A stretch of DNA of 64,000 bases from Nematocida ausubeli (lineage: Eukaryota), in contig NW_026515637.1 in NCBI RefSeq assembly GCF_000738915.1, forward strand, positions 682,001 through 746,000, given 5' to 3'. This document shows, piece by piece, positions 51,213-60,420 of the stretch (positions within the stretch are counted from its first letter, which is position 1; every line of letters begins with the position of its first letter). Both the position numbers and the translations under genes were made by a program. The notes below the pieces were generated by a model that worked only from the letters and a program-made list of their open reading frames with translations, made no database searches and was not told the DNA's origin.

Positions 51213-54200
51213 ATGAGTGCACATGGGAGTGAACAAGCAGGCCTGCCGTATACACCACAAAGCACACAGTACAATCTATTCACTGAAAGATTCCTTAGTG
51301 AGAAGGGACTTAATAGGCACCACATAGAATCATTTAACCATTTTGTAGAACGAGAAATAAAAACCGTTCTGCGCACAAATAATTTCATAGATTCAGATGT
51401 AGACTCTGCATTTTACATGAAATACACAGATATCAGGGTAGAGCCACCTTCAGTAGAAGAGAACATGGTAAAAAGATACATTACCCCAGAGGAATGCAGG
51501 ATCAGAAATATGACATATTCCGGGGACATAGTAGTAGACGTAGAATACACCAGAGGGAAAGACATAATTTCATCAAGAAATGTGGTTGTAGGGAAAATGC
51601 CAATTATGCTGGGTAGTAGATTATCCTTGCAGCAGAAAGATTTCATGGAGAGTAACATAGGAGTAATAAGCAGTAATATAAGACAAATTAATAACCCGAA
51701 GTACACAAGACCAAAGAATGAATGTCCATACGATATTGGTGGGTACTTTATATGCAAGGGCGTAGAGAGAGTGCTTTTAATGCAGGAGCAATTAGCAAAG
51801 AACAGAATCTTAATTGAAAATGACTTCAGAGGGGATCTGTGCGCTGTAGTCACAAGTTCTTCATTGGAGAGAAAAAGTAAGACAAAAGTAGTCATGAAGA
51901 AGAAGCTATTATATCTAGCACATAACTCACTGACTGAAGATGTACCCTTGAATATAGTCATGAAGGGCATGGGTATCACAACAGACCTAGAGATAGATAT
52001 TCTTATTGGCCAGCCTACCCCAAGCATAGTACACATAAGGACAGAACTAGAAGCACTTGCATGGATTGGCAGCAGAATAAAGACAAGGGCAGGTGGAATT
52101 GAAGAAGCACGCTTATTCCTTTGTGATATAATCCTGGCACACATCCCAGGGATAGGCACAGATATGAGAAGAAAAGCAGAATATTTGTCAGTTATGGCAA
52201 GAATGCTCATAGACACAGCAGATGGAAATGTAGATTCATTACAGAATGATAAGGACTTTGTAGGAAATAAAAGGATAGAACTCACAGGGCAAATGCTTTC
52301 CTTGCTCTTTGAAGATCTTCTGAAGAGGCTTAACACAGAAATTAAAAAAGCACTTGACAGAGTACTCTGCAAAAGAGCCAGAGCACAGGAGATGGATGCC
52401 CTGCACTTCCTGGTGATGAATAGGGGTCTAATTACAACAGGCTTATTAAGGGCTATTTCCACTGGATCATGGTCTCTTAAGAGATTTCGCATGGAAAGGG
52501 CAGGAATCACACAGGTTCTCACTAGACTCAGTAGACTCTCAGCAATTGGAATGTGCTCCAGAGTCTCCTCTCAGTTTGAGAAAACAAGAAAGGTCTCTGG
52601 GCCACGTGCCCTGCACTGCTCGCAGTGGGGTGTCTTCTGTCCTGCTGATACACCAGAGGGAGAAGCCTGTGGTCTTGTAAAGAGTCTTGCCATGCTCACT
52701 GAAATAACCCCAAATGAAGACGAAAGTGGAGTTATTTCTGCCCTGTCCTTCTTGGGGGTTGAAGATATCTCGGCTATCTCACCTGGTGACTTAGAGGGTG
52801 CAAGCAAGTGCTGGGTAAACGGAGTCATAATCGGAACATGCAGTGACCCAGAGAGAATGGCACGAGAACTCAGAAATGTCAGAAGAAGTGGCAGAATACC
52901 CAGCACAGTAGGAGTGTGGGTGAATAAAGACCTTTATATCTCAACGGAAACAGGCAGACTCACTCGTCCCCTAATTATCGTAGAGAACAGCCTCCCTAGG
53001 CTCACAAGAAATCACATACGCCTGCTAAGGGAAGGGTACAAGACAGTGAATGACCTGTTGAATGAAGGACTAATTGAATATATAGACCAGAATGAAGCAA
53101 AGAACTCGCTGATTGCCGTATGGAGCACAGAGATAACAGATAAAACCACACACTTGGAGATAGATCCAGCTGCCATCCTGGGGTACGTTGCAGGCGTAAT
53201 ACCGTATCCACATCATAATCAGTCACCAAGAAATACGTATCAGTGCGCCATGGGGAAGCAAGGTGTAGGGGTCACAGGCGTAGACCAAAGAAGAAGAATG
53301 GACGGAGCAAACTTCTTCATGGTCAACCCGCAGAGACCACTTGCTGCCACACGAGGCATGGAAATCATCAAGTACAACGACCTGCCGGCAGGACAGAACC
53401 TGACAATTGCTGTGATGAGTATGTCAGGGTACGACATTGAAGACGCACTGGTCCTGAATAAGGCATCGATTGACAGGGGAATTGGAAGGGCCCTTTTATT
53501 TAAGACGCACGCCCTCTCTTTGCGCACGTACCCAGGGGGATCTGCTGACACAATCGTAGGGGAGGGAATTCCACCCCCTGGGATGAAGGTCCAGGAAGGG
53601 ACTACGTTCATTGACAGAAGGACACCCATGGGTAGCAAGGCAGGCGCAGTGTACAGGGGCCTGGATGGTGCATCCGTTGATAAAACGGCAATTATGCGGA
53701 CAGGAGATGACTTAATTACAATTAAAACTGTCTTGAAGGAGCACAGAATTCCCAGGATTGGGGACAAGTTCAGCAGTAGGCACGGACAGAAGGGAGTAGT
53801 TGGTCTAATCCTACCACAGGAAGATATGCCCTTTAATGAGCTAGGGATGTCCCCTGACTTAGTCATGAATCCTCACGGATTTCCATCCAGAATGACAGTC
53901 GGTAAAATCCTGGAGCTAGTCACTGGGAAGTGCATCTCAAATGGATCAAAGAAATTAACGCAATATGCAGCCACGGCCTTTGGGGGAGTTACAGCGCAGT
54001 CAATTGCTGATGAACTTGTCTCCTTAGGGTACAGTGAGACAGGGAAGGAGACCTTGGTCTGCGGTACATCTGGGGAGCAGATTCCCGTGCGAATATTTTT
54101 CGGCCCTGTCTTCTACCAGAGACTGAAGCACATGGTGACAGACAAGATGCACGCCAGGGCACGAGGACCCAGGGCAGTTCTGACTAGGCAGCCAACAGAA

Positions 54201-54479
54201 GGAAGGTGCAGGGATGGTGGATTTAGGCTTGGGGAAATGGAGAGGGACTGTCTTATTGGGTACGGGGCCTCTGAGATTCTTATTGAAAGACTTGTCATCT
54301 CCTCAGATAAATTTATGGCGCATGTGTGCAGTGAGTGTAAATTAATTATCAGCCCGAATGGGTGCCCTGGCTGTAGTGCTGCAGTAGTGCAGAAGATACA
54401 GATGCCATACGCGTGCAAGCTGCTTTTCCAAGAACTAATCGCAATGAAAATAGCACCCAGAATTATCTTGAAGGAATAA
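51213..54479 (+). CDS. RPC2: RNA polymerase III second-largest subunit
   Basis: HIESFNHF, GSWSLKRFRMERAGITQVL, QFEKTRKVSGPRAL, HHNQSPRNTYQCAMGKQ, GDKFSSRHGQKG, RLGEMERDCLIGYGAS, MPYACKLLFQEL; first ATG at 51213. Confidence 0.97.
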   Translation: MSAHGSEQAGLPYTPQSTQYNLFTERFLSEKGLNRHHIESFNHFVEREIKTVLRTNNFIDSDVDSAFYMKYTDIRVEPPSVEENMVKRYITPEECRIRNMTYSGDIVVDVEYTRGKDIISSRNVVVGKMPIMLGSRLSLQQKDFMESNIGVISSNIRQINNPKYTRPKNECPYDIGGYFICKGVERVLLMQEQLAKNRILIENDFRGDLCAVVTSSSLERKSKTKVVMKKKLLYLAHNSLTEDVPLNIVMKGMGITTDLEIDILIGQPTPSIVHIRTELEALAWIGSRIKTRAGGIEEARLFLCDIILAHIPGIGTDMRRKAEYLSVMARMLIDTADGNVDSLQNDKDFVGNKRIELTGQMLSLLFEDLLKRLNTEIKKALDRVLCKRARAQEMDALHFLVMNRGLITTGLLRAISTGSWSLKRFRMERAGITQVLTRLSRLSAIGMCSRVSSQFEKTRKVSGPRALHCSQWGVFCPADTPEGEACGLVKSLAMLTEITPNEDESGVISALSFLGVEDISAISPGDLEGASKCWVNGVIIGTCSDPERMARELRNVRRSGRIPSTVGVWVNKDLYISTETGRLTRPLIIVENSLPRLTRNHIRLLREGYKTVNDLLNEGLIEYIDQNEAKNSLIAVWSTEITDKTTHLEIDPAAILGYVAGVIPYPHHNQSPRNTYQCAMGKQGVGVTGVDQRRRMDGANFFMVNPQRPLAATRGMEIIKYNDLPAGQNLTIAVMSMSGYDIEDALVLNKASIDRGIGRALLFKTHALSLRTYPGGSADTIVGEGIPPPGMKVQEGTTFIDRRTPMGSKAGAVYRGLDGASVDKTAIMRTGDDLITIKTVLKEHRIPRIGDKFSSRHGQKGVVGLILPQEDMPFNELGMSPDLVMNPHGFPSRMTVGKILELVTGKCISNGSKKLTQYAATAFGGVTAQSIADELVSLGYSETGKETLVCGTSGEQIPVRIFFGPVFYQRLKHMVTDKMHARARGPRAVLTRQPTEGRCRDGGFRLGEMERDCLIGYGASEILIERLVISSDKFMAHVCSECKLIISPNGCPGCSAAVVQKIQMPYACKLLFQELIAMKIAPRIILKE

Positions 54480-54558
54480 CCTGATAACCTTAATAACGTG
54501 CCCAAAGGGGAGTGACAAGCTAGTCTGGAGATAGTAGTATTTTATACTCTAATGGGGG

Positions 54559-54723
54559 TAGTTGTCAAGGAAGGTTTATTATCGTAATTCTACGATTGGT
54601 GACTGTGACCTGTTGCATACTTGATGGATGTATTTCTTCTTTCTGACATGTTCCGCCTTTTCTTGTATTGTACTGTTCTTACTATCTTCCTATTATATAG
54701 TCAGTCTCTGATATACGAGGAAT
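54559..54723 (+). repeat. ~160-bp dispersed repeat, copy 1
   Basis: Reverse complement of 59965-60121. Confidence 0.9.
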
Positions 54724-55109
54724 CTTCTAGAAGTTGCATTTCTCATTGATGTACTTTGGTCAGAGGGTTTAATGAAAGTGGAGTTTTTACCGCACTTAAT
54801 AAATATAGATGCACTATCTTTATATTTTACGTTAATATTTTATCTTATCTTGTGCTTTGTATCTGGCTACTAAATATATTCTGGTCAAACTACTCTTTTC
54901 TGCTGCATGCAAGAAAATCCTGCATGTACTTGGAGTATTACAGGGTATATGCGGAATTACTGCAGGTGAAATGATCTGAGTATCTGGGAAAGTGGAAGAT
55001 TCTGGGGGTACTTCTGTCTTTGTGCTGGAATTTGTGCAGAATTTCAATAATTCCTGGGACTGATATAGATTATTCCGACTATATAAACATATGAAAGATA
55101 GGAAAATTC

Positions 55110-55334
55110 ATGAACAGAGACGAGAAAAACAAGCAACTCAAGCAAGAATTATACATTGACACAAGTAAAATCGGAGAGGCATACAAGAAAATAATGCAGA
55201 CGATGCCCCTTGAACCCTGCCAATACAGAAACAAAGTCTTATACGACCTAAAGAATTTTCCGAAGAAGATGTCTTTTTTTGAAAGAACCATGTCCAGAGT
55301 CTGCAAATGGTTTGAGCCACAGGGAAGAATTTGA
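55110..55334 (+). CDS. Small hypothetical protein (74 aa)
   Basis: ATG-initiated ORF with gene-like codon usage in an intergenic gap. Confidence 0.5.
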   Translation: MNRDEKNKQLKQELYIDTSKIGEAYKKIMQTMPLEPCQYRNKVLYDLKNFPKKMSFFERTMSRVCKWFEPQGRI

Positions 55335-55655
55335 AGGAATCACTGCACAGGCATACAGCACACAAAATATCTACCCACACACCACAGTGCAAAGTGCCCC
55401 TACAGTAAATAAATACTTACTTTCCTTAGCTTTATTTATTCAGATCTTTATAAAACTTGCAAAGAAATATGGTCACAGGGTAAATAAAATTGATTAGATT
55501 AGGATATATCTGGGATATAGGAAGATTTCGGGTTATCTGGCTATATATCCCCTTGCATGCAATAATCCCTGCTTATTATTCTATTTCCATTTTATGTTTA
55601 ATTTAAGCCTCTTTTCACTCTATCTTTAGAAAGCTCTTTTTTCTGTCTCTTGCAA

Positions 55656-56201
55656 CTAGCTTCTTAAGAAGAATATGTATATGAAGCAAAGAATGAAGAT
55701 CGCAGTGAGTGCTTTGAACAGTCTGTAGTCTGTGATGTATCTGTTGGATATTTGGTCTATAACCCTATCTGATACCCCTAAGTACTGCAGACCTTCCTCT
55801 AACTTCTGTCTGCTGCCTTTTAGTATGCCCCTTTGCTTCTCTATTGAGCTAAGAGAGTGCGAGGCTATTTTTATGTACTTATTGAGTTTGTCTGTGTTTC
55901 TGGTGAGATGGCAGTCTGTTTCAGGTAGCCTGTGCTTCTCTCTTGTGCTATCTGAGCTGTACGCCATTTTTAGTATGTTTATGCGCCTGCTTAGTGCCTG
56001 CACTCTTGCCCCTAGCTGGGAAAGTATGCGCACCCCGTCTGCAGACCTTTGAATTACATCTTTCTGCGCCTCCATCTCTTGCTTAAGGTCTGAAAGAAGG
56101 TCCTCAAGTGTTTCAATGCGGGTGCTGTGGGAAAGAGCGCTTTCAATGTTGTTTGCTTTTTCTGTAATTCTTTTCACTGCTTGCTCCCACTCCATATCCA
56201 A
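55656..56201 (-). CDS. Qb-SNARE, Bos1/membrin/Gos1-like
   Basis: SNARE heptads SLSSIEKQRGILKG...LGVSDRVIDQISNRYITDYRLF followed by a C-terminal TM anchor. Confidence 0.8.
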   Translation of the reverse strand: MDMEWEQAVKRITEKANNIESALSHSTRIETLEDLLSDLKQEMEAQKDVIQRSADGVRILSQLGARVQALSRRINILKMAYSSDSTREKHRLPETDCHLTRNTDKLNKYIKIASHSLSSIEKQRGILKGSRQKLEEGLQYLGVSDRVIDQISNRYITDYRLFKALTAIFILCFIYIFFLRS

Positions 56202-56207
56202 ATAAAA

Positions 56208-56561
56208 TTATTCTGTATACAGTGTATTCTTTTGTTTTGGATTTTCCTTCAGAGGCTGCCTTGCCTTTTTATTTGCAGGCTTTGCATCTTCTTCCTTTAG
56301 GGCAGCCAGGCCCTGCTCTATCTTCTGTAAAATCTGTAGGAGAAGTACTTTTTGTTCCTCCAGGATTCTTTCTGAGTCTGACTGCATTCTGTACCGTAAG
56401 TACTGGTGCTTTAAGGACTCTCTAAGAAGGGTGTTTTGCTTCTCTTTTAGGCCTTTTATCTCTTCCTTTAGTTCTGTGTTTTTTGTAGCCAAGTCATATC
56501 CCTGGGGAATGTCTTCTTCCATTTGCTTCTTTCTTTTGAACTTCATTTCTACTGAATGCAA
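56208..56561 (-). CDS. Small coiled-coil hypothetical protein (start may be ATG 56522)
   Basis: Heptad-rich ORF ending 6 bp before the SNARE ATG. Confidence 0.6.
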   Translation of the reverse strand: MHSVEMKFKRKKQMEEDIPQGYDLATKNTELKEEIKGLKEKQNTLLRESLKHQYLRYRMQSDSERILEEQKVLLLQILQKIEQGLAALKEEDAKPANKKARQPLKENPKQKNTLYTE

Positions 56562-58312
56562 CTTTCTATTTATACGTGCCTATATATTAAGGTAAATTTC
56601 TGTATAAAATTGCATGGTTAGACTACAGTGCACCAGATAATAAAACTTGGATAAATGGACTTCTACAATATTAAGTCTTACTTCATGCACTGTCTATTTA
56701 CTTTTATATTGTTTATTTCACTGCTATCTGGTAATTTAGGCTATTCTGTTGGATATTTCTATATAACTTGAAGCTAAGTACTTTTGTACTGCAACTTGCA
56801 GTCTTTTTCTCTAGTGAGCTATTTTAGTGTTATTATATACCACTTTTGTTAATACTTTCTCATAATTATATAGCTTAAATTAACTAGTTTATTCATCTTT
56901 GGGTTATTTTGCCACAGTACTGCAATTAACTGATGTCTTAATTATGTGATTTCGGGTTATTCGGGTTAAATTAAAGTATATTTATTGAGTGCTTATGCTT
57001 CACTGATACTAATATCTTGATGTTCCTCTGAAGGACTTATATTCTTGTTACATATAAAGAATAATAGCTTAGTAATAGTCTGCAAGAATATGCTAATTGC
57101 AGTAAAATCTCACACTATTATTATAGGGTCACAAGAGAATATGAATAATATTTCTGGAAGATTCTTCGTATATCAGAAGCCTACCATACTAAATTGTATG
57201 TAAACCTTAATGGAAGCAGTATATCACCAACAGTAATAAACATATTCAACAAAAAGACAAAAAAATCACAGTCTCCAAGAACATTTGACTAAGTGATAGC
57301 AATAAACCTCTCTTGACAATTCGGGTTATATTGGGTTTTAGACTACTATCTCTTGGCTGAAATATTACACTTTTTTCAGCACTTCACTAAGTATATAGTA
57401 TTGTTTTATTTTTACTTGGATATTCCTATGAATGCAAAAATATTTTAGTACTTTTGCGTATATTTATGTCTTATTTCGTGCGATCTGAACCCTTTCGAAA
57501 ATTAATTTATTCTGTGCATGCTGAAGAGTTTGAAAATTTAGAGATCAAAAGAAGCTTCTATAAATAGAGAAGTTAAACCAAAAGAAGCAAGAGAATATCA
57601 TATGAAGGAATGTGCGTATTATTCGGGTTATATCGGGTTATATTTTAGTGTGATAGAAAGGAGGGTAGACTCGATTAAAGCATGTACTTATGGAAGTGTT
57701 AAATGTGTATTCGAGTTATATTCAAATGTCGGGTTAAATTGAAGAGAATATTCGGGTTATATCGAGTTATATCTTGATTTGGTCATTTATTCAGGGGCTG
57801 TTAGTCTCTTTATGAAGTGAAATAGGGGTATGCAAGAAGGGGATATTTTTATACAAAAATACACTGTAGCCGGATGACCAGAGAAAAGAGACAAAAAAGA
57901 GAAAACTAGTGTACTAGCCAGTTTCTCTATAAAAATGAGTTTATTTCAACTATAAGAGTGATATAGAAGTATCCTTGCATTATATCTAGTTATATTGAAG
58001 ATTTGGTGTCTTCTTGGCACAGAGTATTTCATGTGGGAGTAACTAGAGTCAAAGACTTTGCAAACACTCAGACAGTATGAAATAAAAAGAGTTAAAAGGA
58101 ATTTGAATAACCAGAGTCCATAAAACACAGTTGCACACTAATGTATGGAGTGGTTTAAGCTATGCAGTGTAAATAATGGATTGTTGCGCACTCAAGAAAG
58201 TCCCAATAATCTGTGCGAAAAGACAGAAAGAGACTGCATAAATAGAAAGGAAAGTACTGGAAGCAAAGTGATATAAACTAGGCTTTATTCTTTATGAGCT
58301 AGTGCTGCTGTA

Positions 58313-59089
58313 TTATATGGCTAGTTTTTTGTTGAAGTTCGAAATAAGATCAGAGTATACCTGTAGGGGGGATGGGATTGCCTCTGGGGTCTCCCAGCTC
58401 TCTGGTGAGTAGAAGGTGTTGCACTTCTGTAATGCAGCTACAGTGGCCTTTGCAAAGTTCTCACTTGCGGATGTACGTCCGGATGAAGCAGTAAAGACAT
58501 CCTTGATTCCTGCCATCTGGAAAATCTTCTTTGGAAGAGTGGCTGCAATGATTCCTGTTCCCTTTGGTGCTGGGATAAGAGTGATGTTCACACTACCGCA
58601 CTTTCCAGATCCTCTTACCTTCACAGTGTGAGGTGCTCCAATCTTTCTGTCCCACCATCCAAAGTCAATTGGCTGCATGTTGCACTTTGCATCTTCAGTT
58701 GCCTTGTTTATGGCATCTCTTGCTTCCTTTGCAGACTTTACTCCAAGTCCGATGCTTCCTTCACCGTCACCAACAATGACAACAGCCTTGATTCTAGTTC
58801 TCTGTCCAGCCTTTGTCTGTTTCTGGATGGATTTGATGCAGAGCACCTCGTCCTTCAGTTTGGATCCAACTAGGAAGTCCACAATTTCTGCCTCCTGGAT
58901 CTTTAAACTGTTGGTGTAGATGTCGTTTAGTGACATCTTTCCCATCTGGACAAGCTTTCCTATATTTGTCTTTGGAATCCATTTCTTTTCTTCTCTTGGC
59001 TTTCTCATTGATGGCTTCTGTCCTTTCTCCTGTCTGTCGGTTTTCTGTGTCCCATTTTGCTGTGCTTCTGGTTTTAACTCTCCTGCCAT
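58313..59089 (-). CDS. RPS2: 40S ribosomal protein S2 (uS5)
   Basis: WIPKTNIGKLV, IQKQTKAGQRTRIKA, GKCGSVNITLIPAPKGTGIIA, ENFAKAT; start at ATG 59089 preceded by CCCCAGC. Confidence 0.97.
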   Translation of the reverse strand: MAGELKPEAQQNGTQKTDRQEKGQKPSMRKPREEKKWIPKTNIGKLVQMGKMSLNDIYTNSLKIQEAEIVDFLVGSKLKDEVLCIKSIQKQTKAGQRTRIKAVVIVGDGEGSIGLGVKSAKEARDAINKATEDAKCNMQPIDFGWWDRKIGAPHTVKVRGSGKCGSVNITLIPAPKGTGIIAATLPKKIFQMAGIKDVFTASSGRTSASENFAKATVAALQKCNTFYSPESWETPEAIPSPLQVYSDLISNFNKKLAI

Positions 59090-59964
59090 GCTGGGGTCTA
59101 AAAATAAAAATAATTCTATAGTTTTGCTAAAAATAGAAACCACCAAGTACAGCCAGAAATGCAGCACATAGCTGCAGTGTGCTAGCATATTCGTGTATTT
59201 AGCACGCAACAGTACGTATGCCTTTGTATTTACATTCTTTTGCACGACTCTTAAGACTGAATATAAATCAAATTAGAAATTCACTTAGAAAATAATTTCG
59301 GGTTAAATTATGGTTAAATCCTTATGAATTTGCCATTATAACAGTTGTAGTGTATGTATGCAGGAAGAAGTAGGTGCCATATTGCAGTGTATGCAATTGC
59401 AGCTTAAATTGAAGCTGTAAAATATTTGCACTAATAAGAAAGAGAGCAAAAGAAAATTTAAGCAGTGTATTTTATGCTAATTCGGGTGTATAAGAGACAA
59501 AACATGTAATTCAAGTGAAATATAGCTAGTTCTGGGTATTTGGGTTATATCATCAGAGAATGGTGCAAATTCAGTGCGTCCAAGAGAAGTACATGGGTAT
59601 CATGAACGAGTGATATTTTCAGTAGTAGACTAGTGTTAGTGCTTATTCATTACGTAATTATAAGAATGTAAACACTTTACATTTATACTAGCAGAGCATA
59701 GTCCGAATACTTTCTGTGTAAAGTGTGGTTAGTGAGTGGTTTACGTGTGTAGCTGCAGTAAAATAAAATTCGCACTTTTCTGCTCTGGATAGAAGAGTTT
59801 TAGTGCAGACAAGTATGAAATAATCGGAAGAAGCATAAAAAGGCAGAATGTTCTAAAACAATAAAAAAGTTAAGAACAAGAAGCACTTATTAAAATGGCA
59901 CCAGGAACTGCACATCTTCACAATAAAATTGTGGTAAAAATCCCACTTTCATTAATTCTGTGAC

Positions 59965-60121
59965 ATTCCTCGTATATCAGAGACTGACTATAAAATAGTA
60001 AGAACAATACAATACAAGAAAAGGCGGAAGATGTCAGAAGGAAGAAATACATCCATCAAGTACACAAAAGGTCAAAGTCACCAACCGAAAAAATATGATA
60101 ATAAAACTCCCTGGACAACTA
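59965..60121 (-). repeat. ~160-bp dispersed repeat, copy 2 (inverted)
   Basis: Reverse complement of 54559-54723. Confidence 0.9.
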
Positions 60122-60420
60122 CACTCTCTATTCTAGACTATTATTTATATTCTCACACAGAAATTTTCTGTTCCTTTTAGCATACAAATAATCTAAATTT
60201 TATCACATACCTATAGATACTCTTTTACAGCTAGAATAATACAATCCTGCTGTCTAAAGATGCAATCAGAATATCTAAAGATACAAATTGGATATAACCT
60301 GATATAACCCGAATAAAAGTTATTTATTTTATTCACATTAATAAATATGCAACTGTGAGCAATTTAACCTTTTTCTTTATAACTGCCAAGGGTATAAATT
60401 GAGAAAAAATTAATTTACCC

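Noticed and set aside
51413..52522. 369-aa antisense ORF, and other long antisense ORFs such as 21090-21764
   Set aside because: Shadow frames of real genes caused by codon bias.
33746..54479. Apparent cluster of transcription genes (Mcm1, Med7-like, Med15-like, Spt6, Rpc2)
   Set aside because: Plausibly chance in a reduced genome dominated by core genes; no shared element seen.
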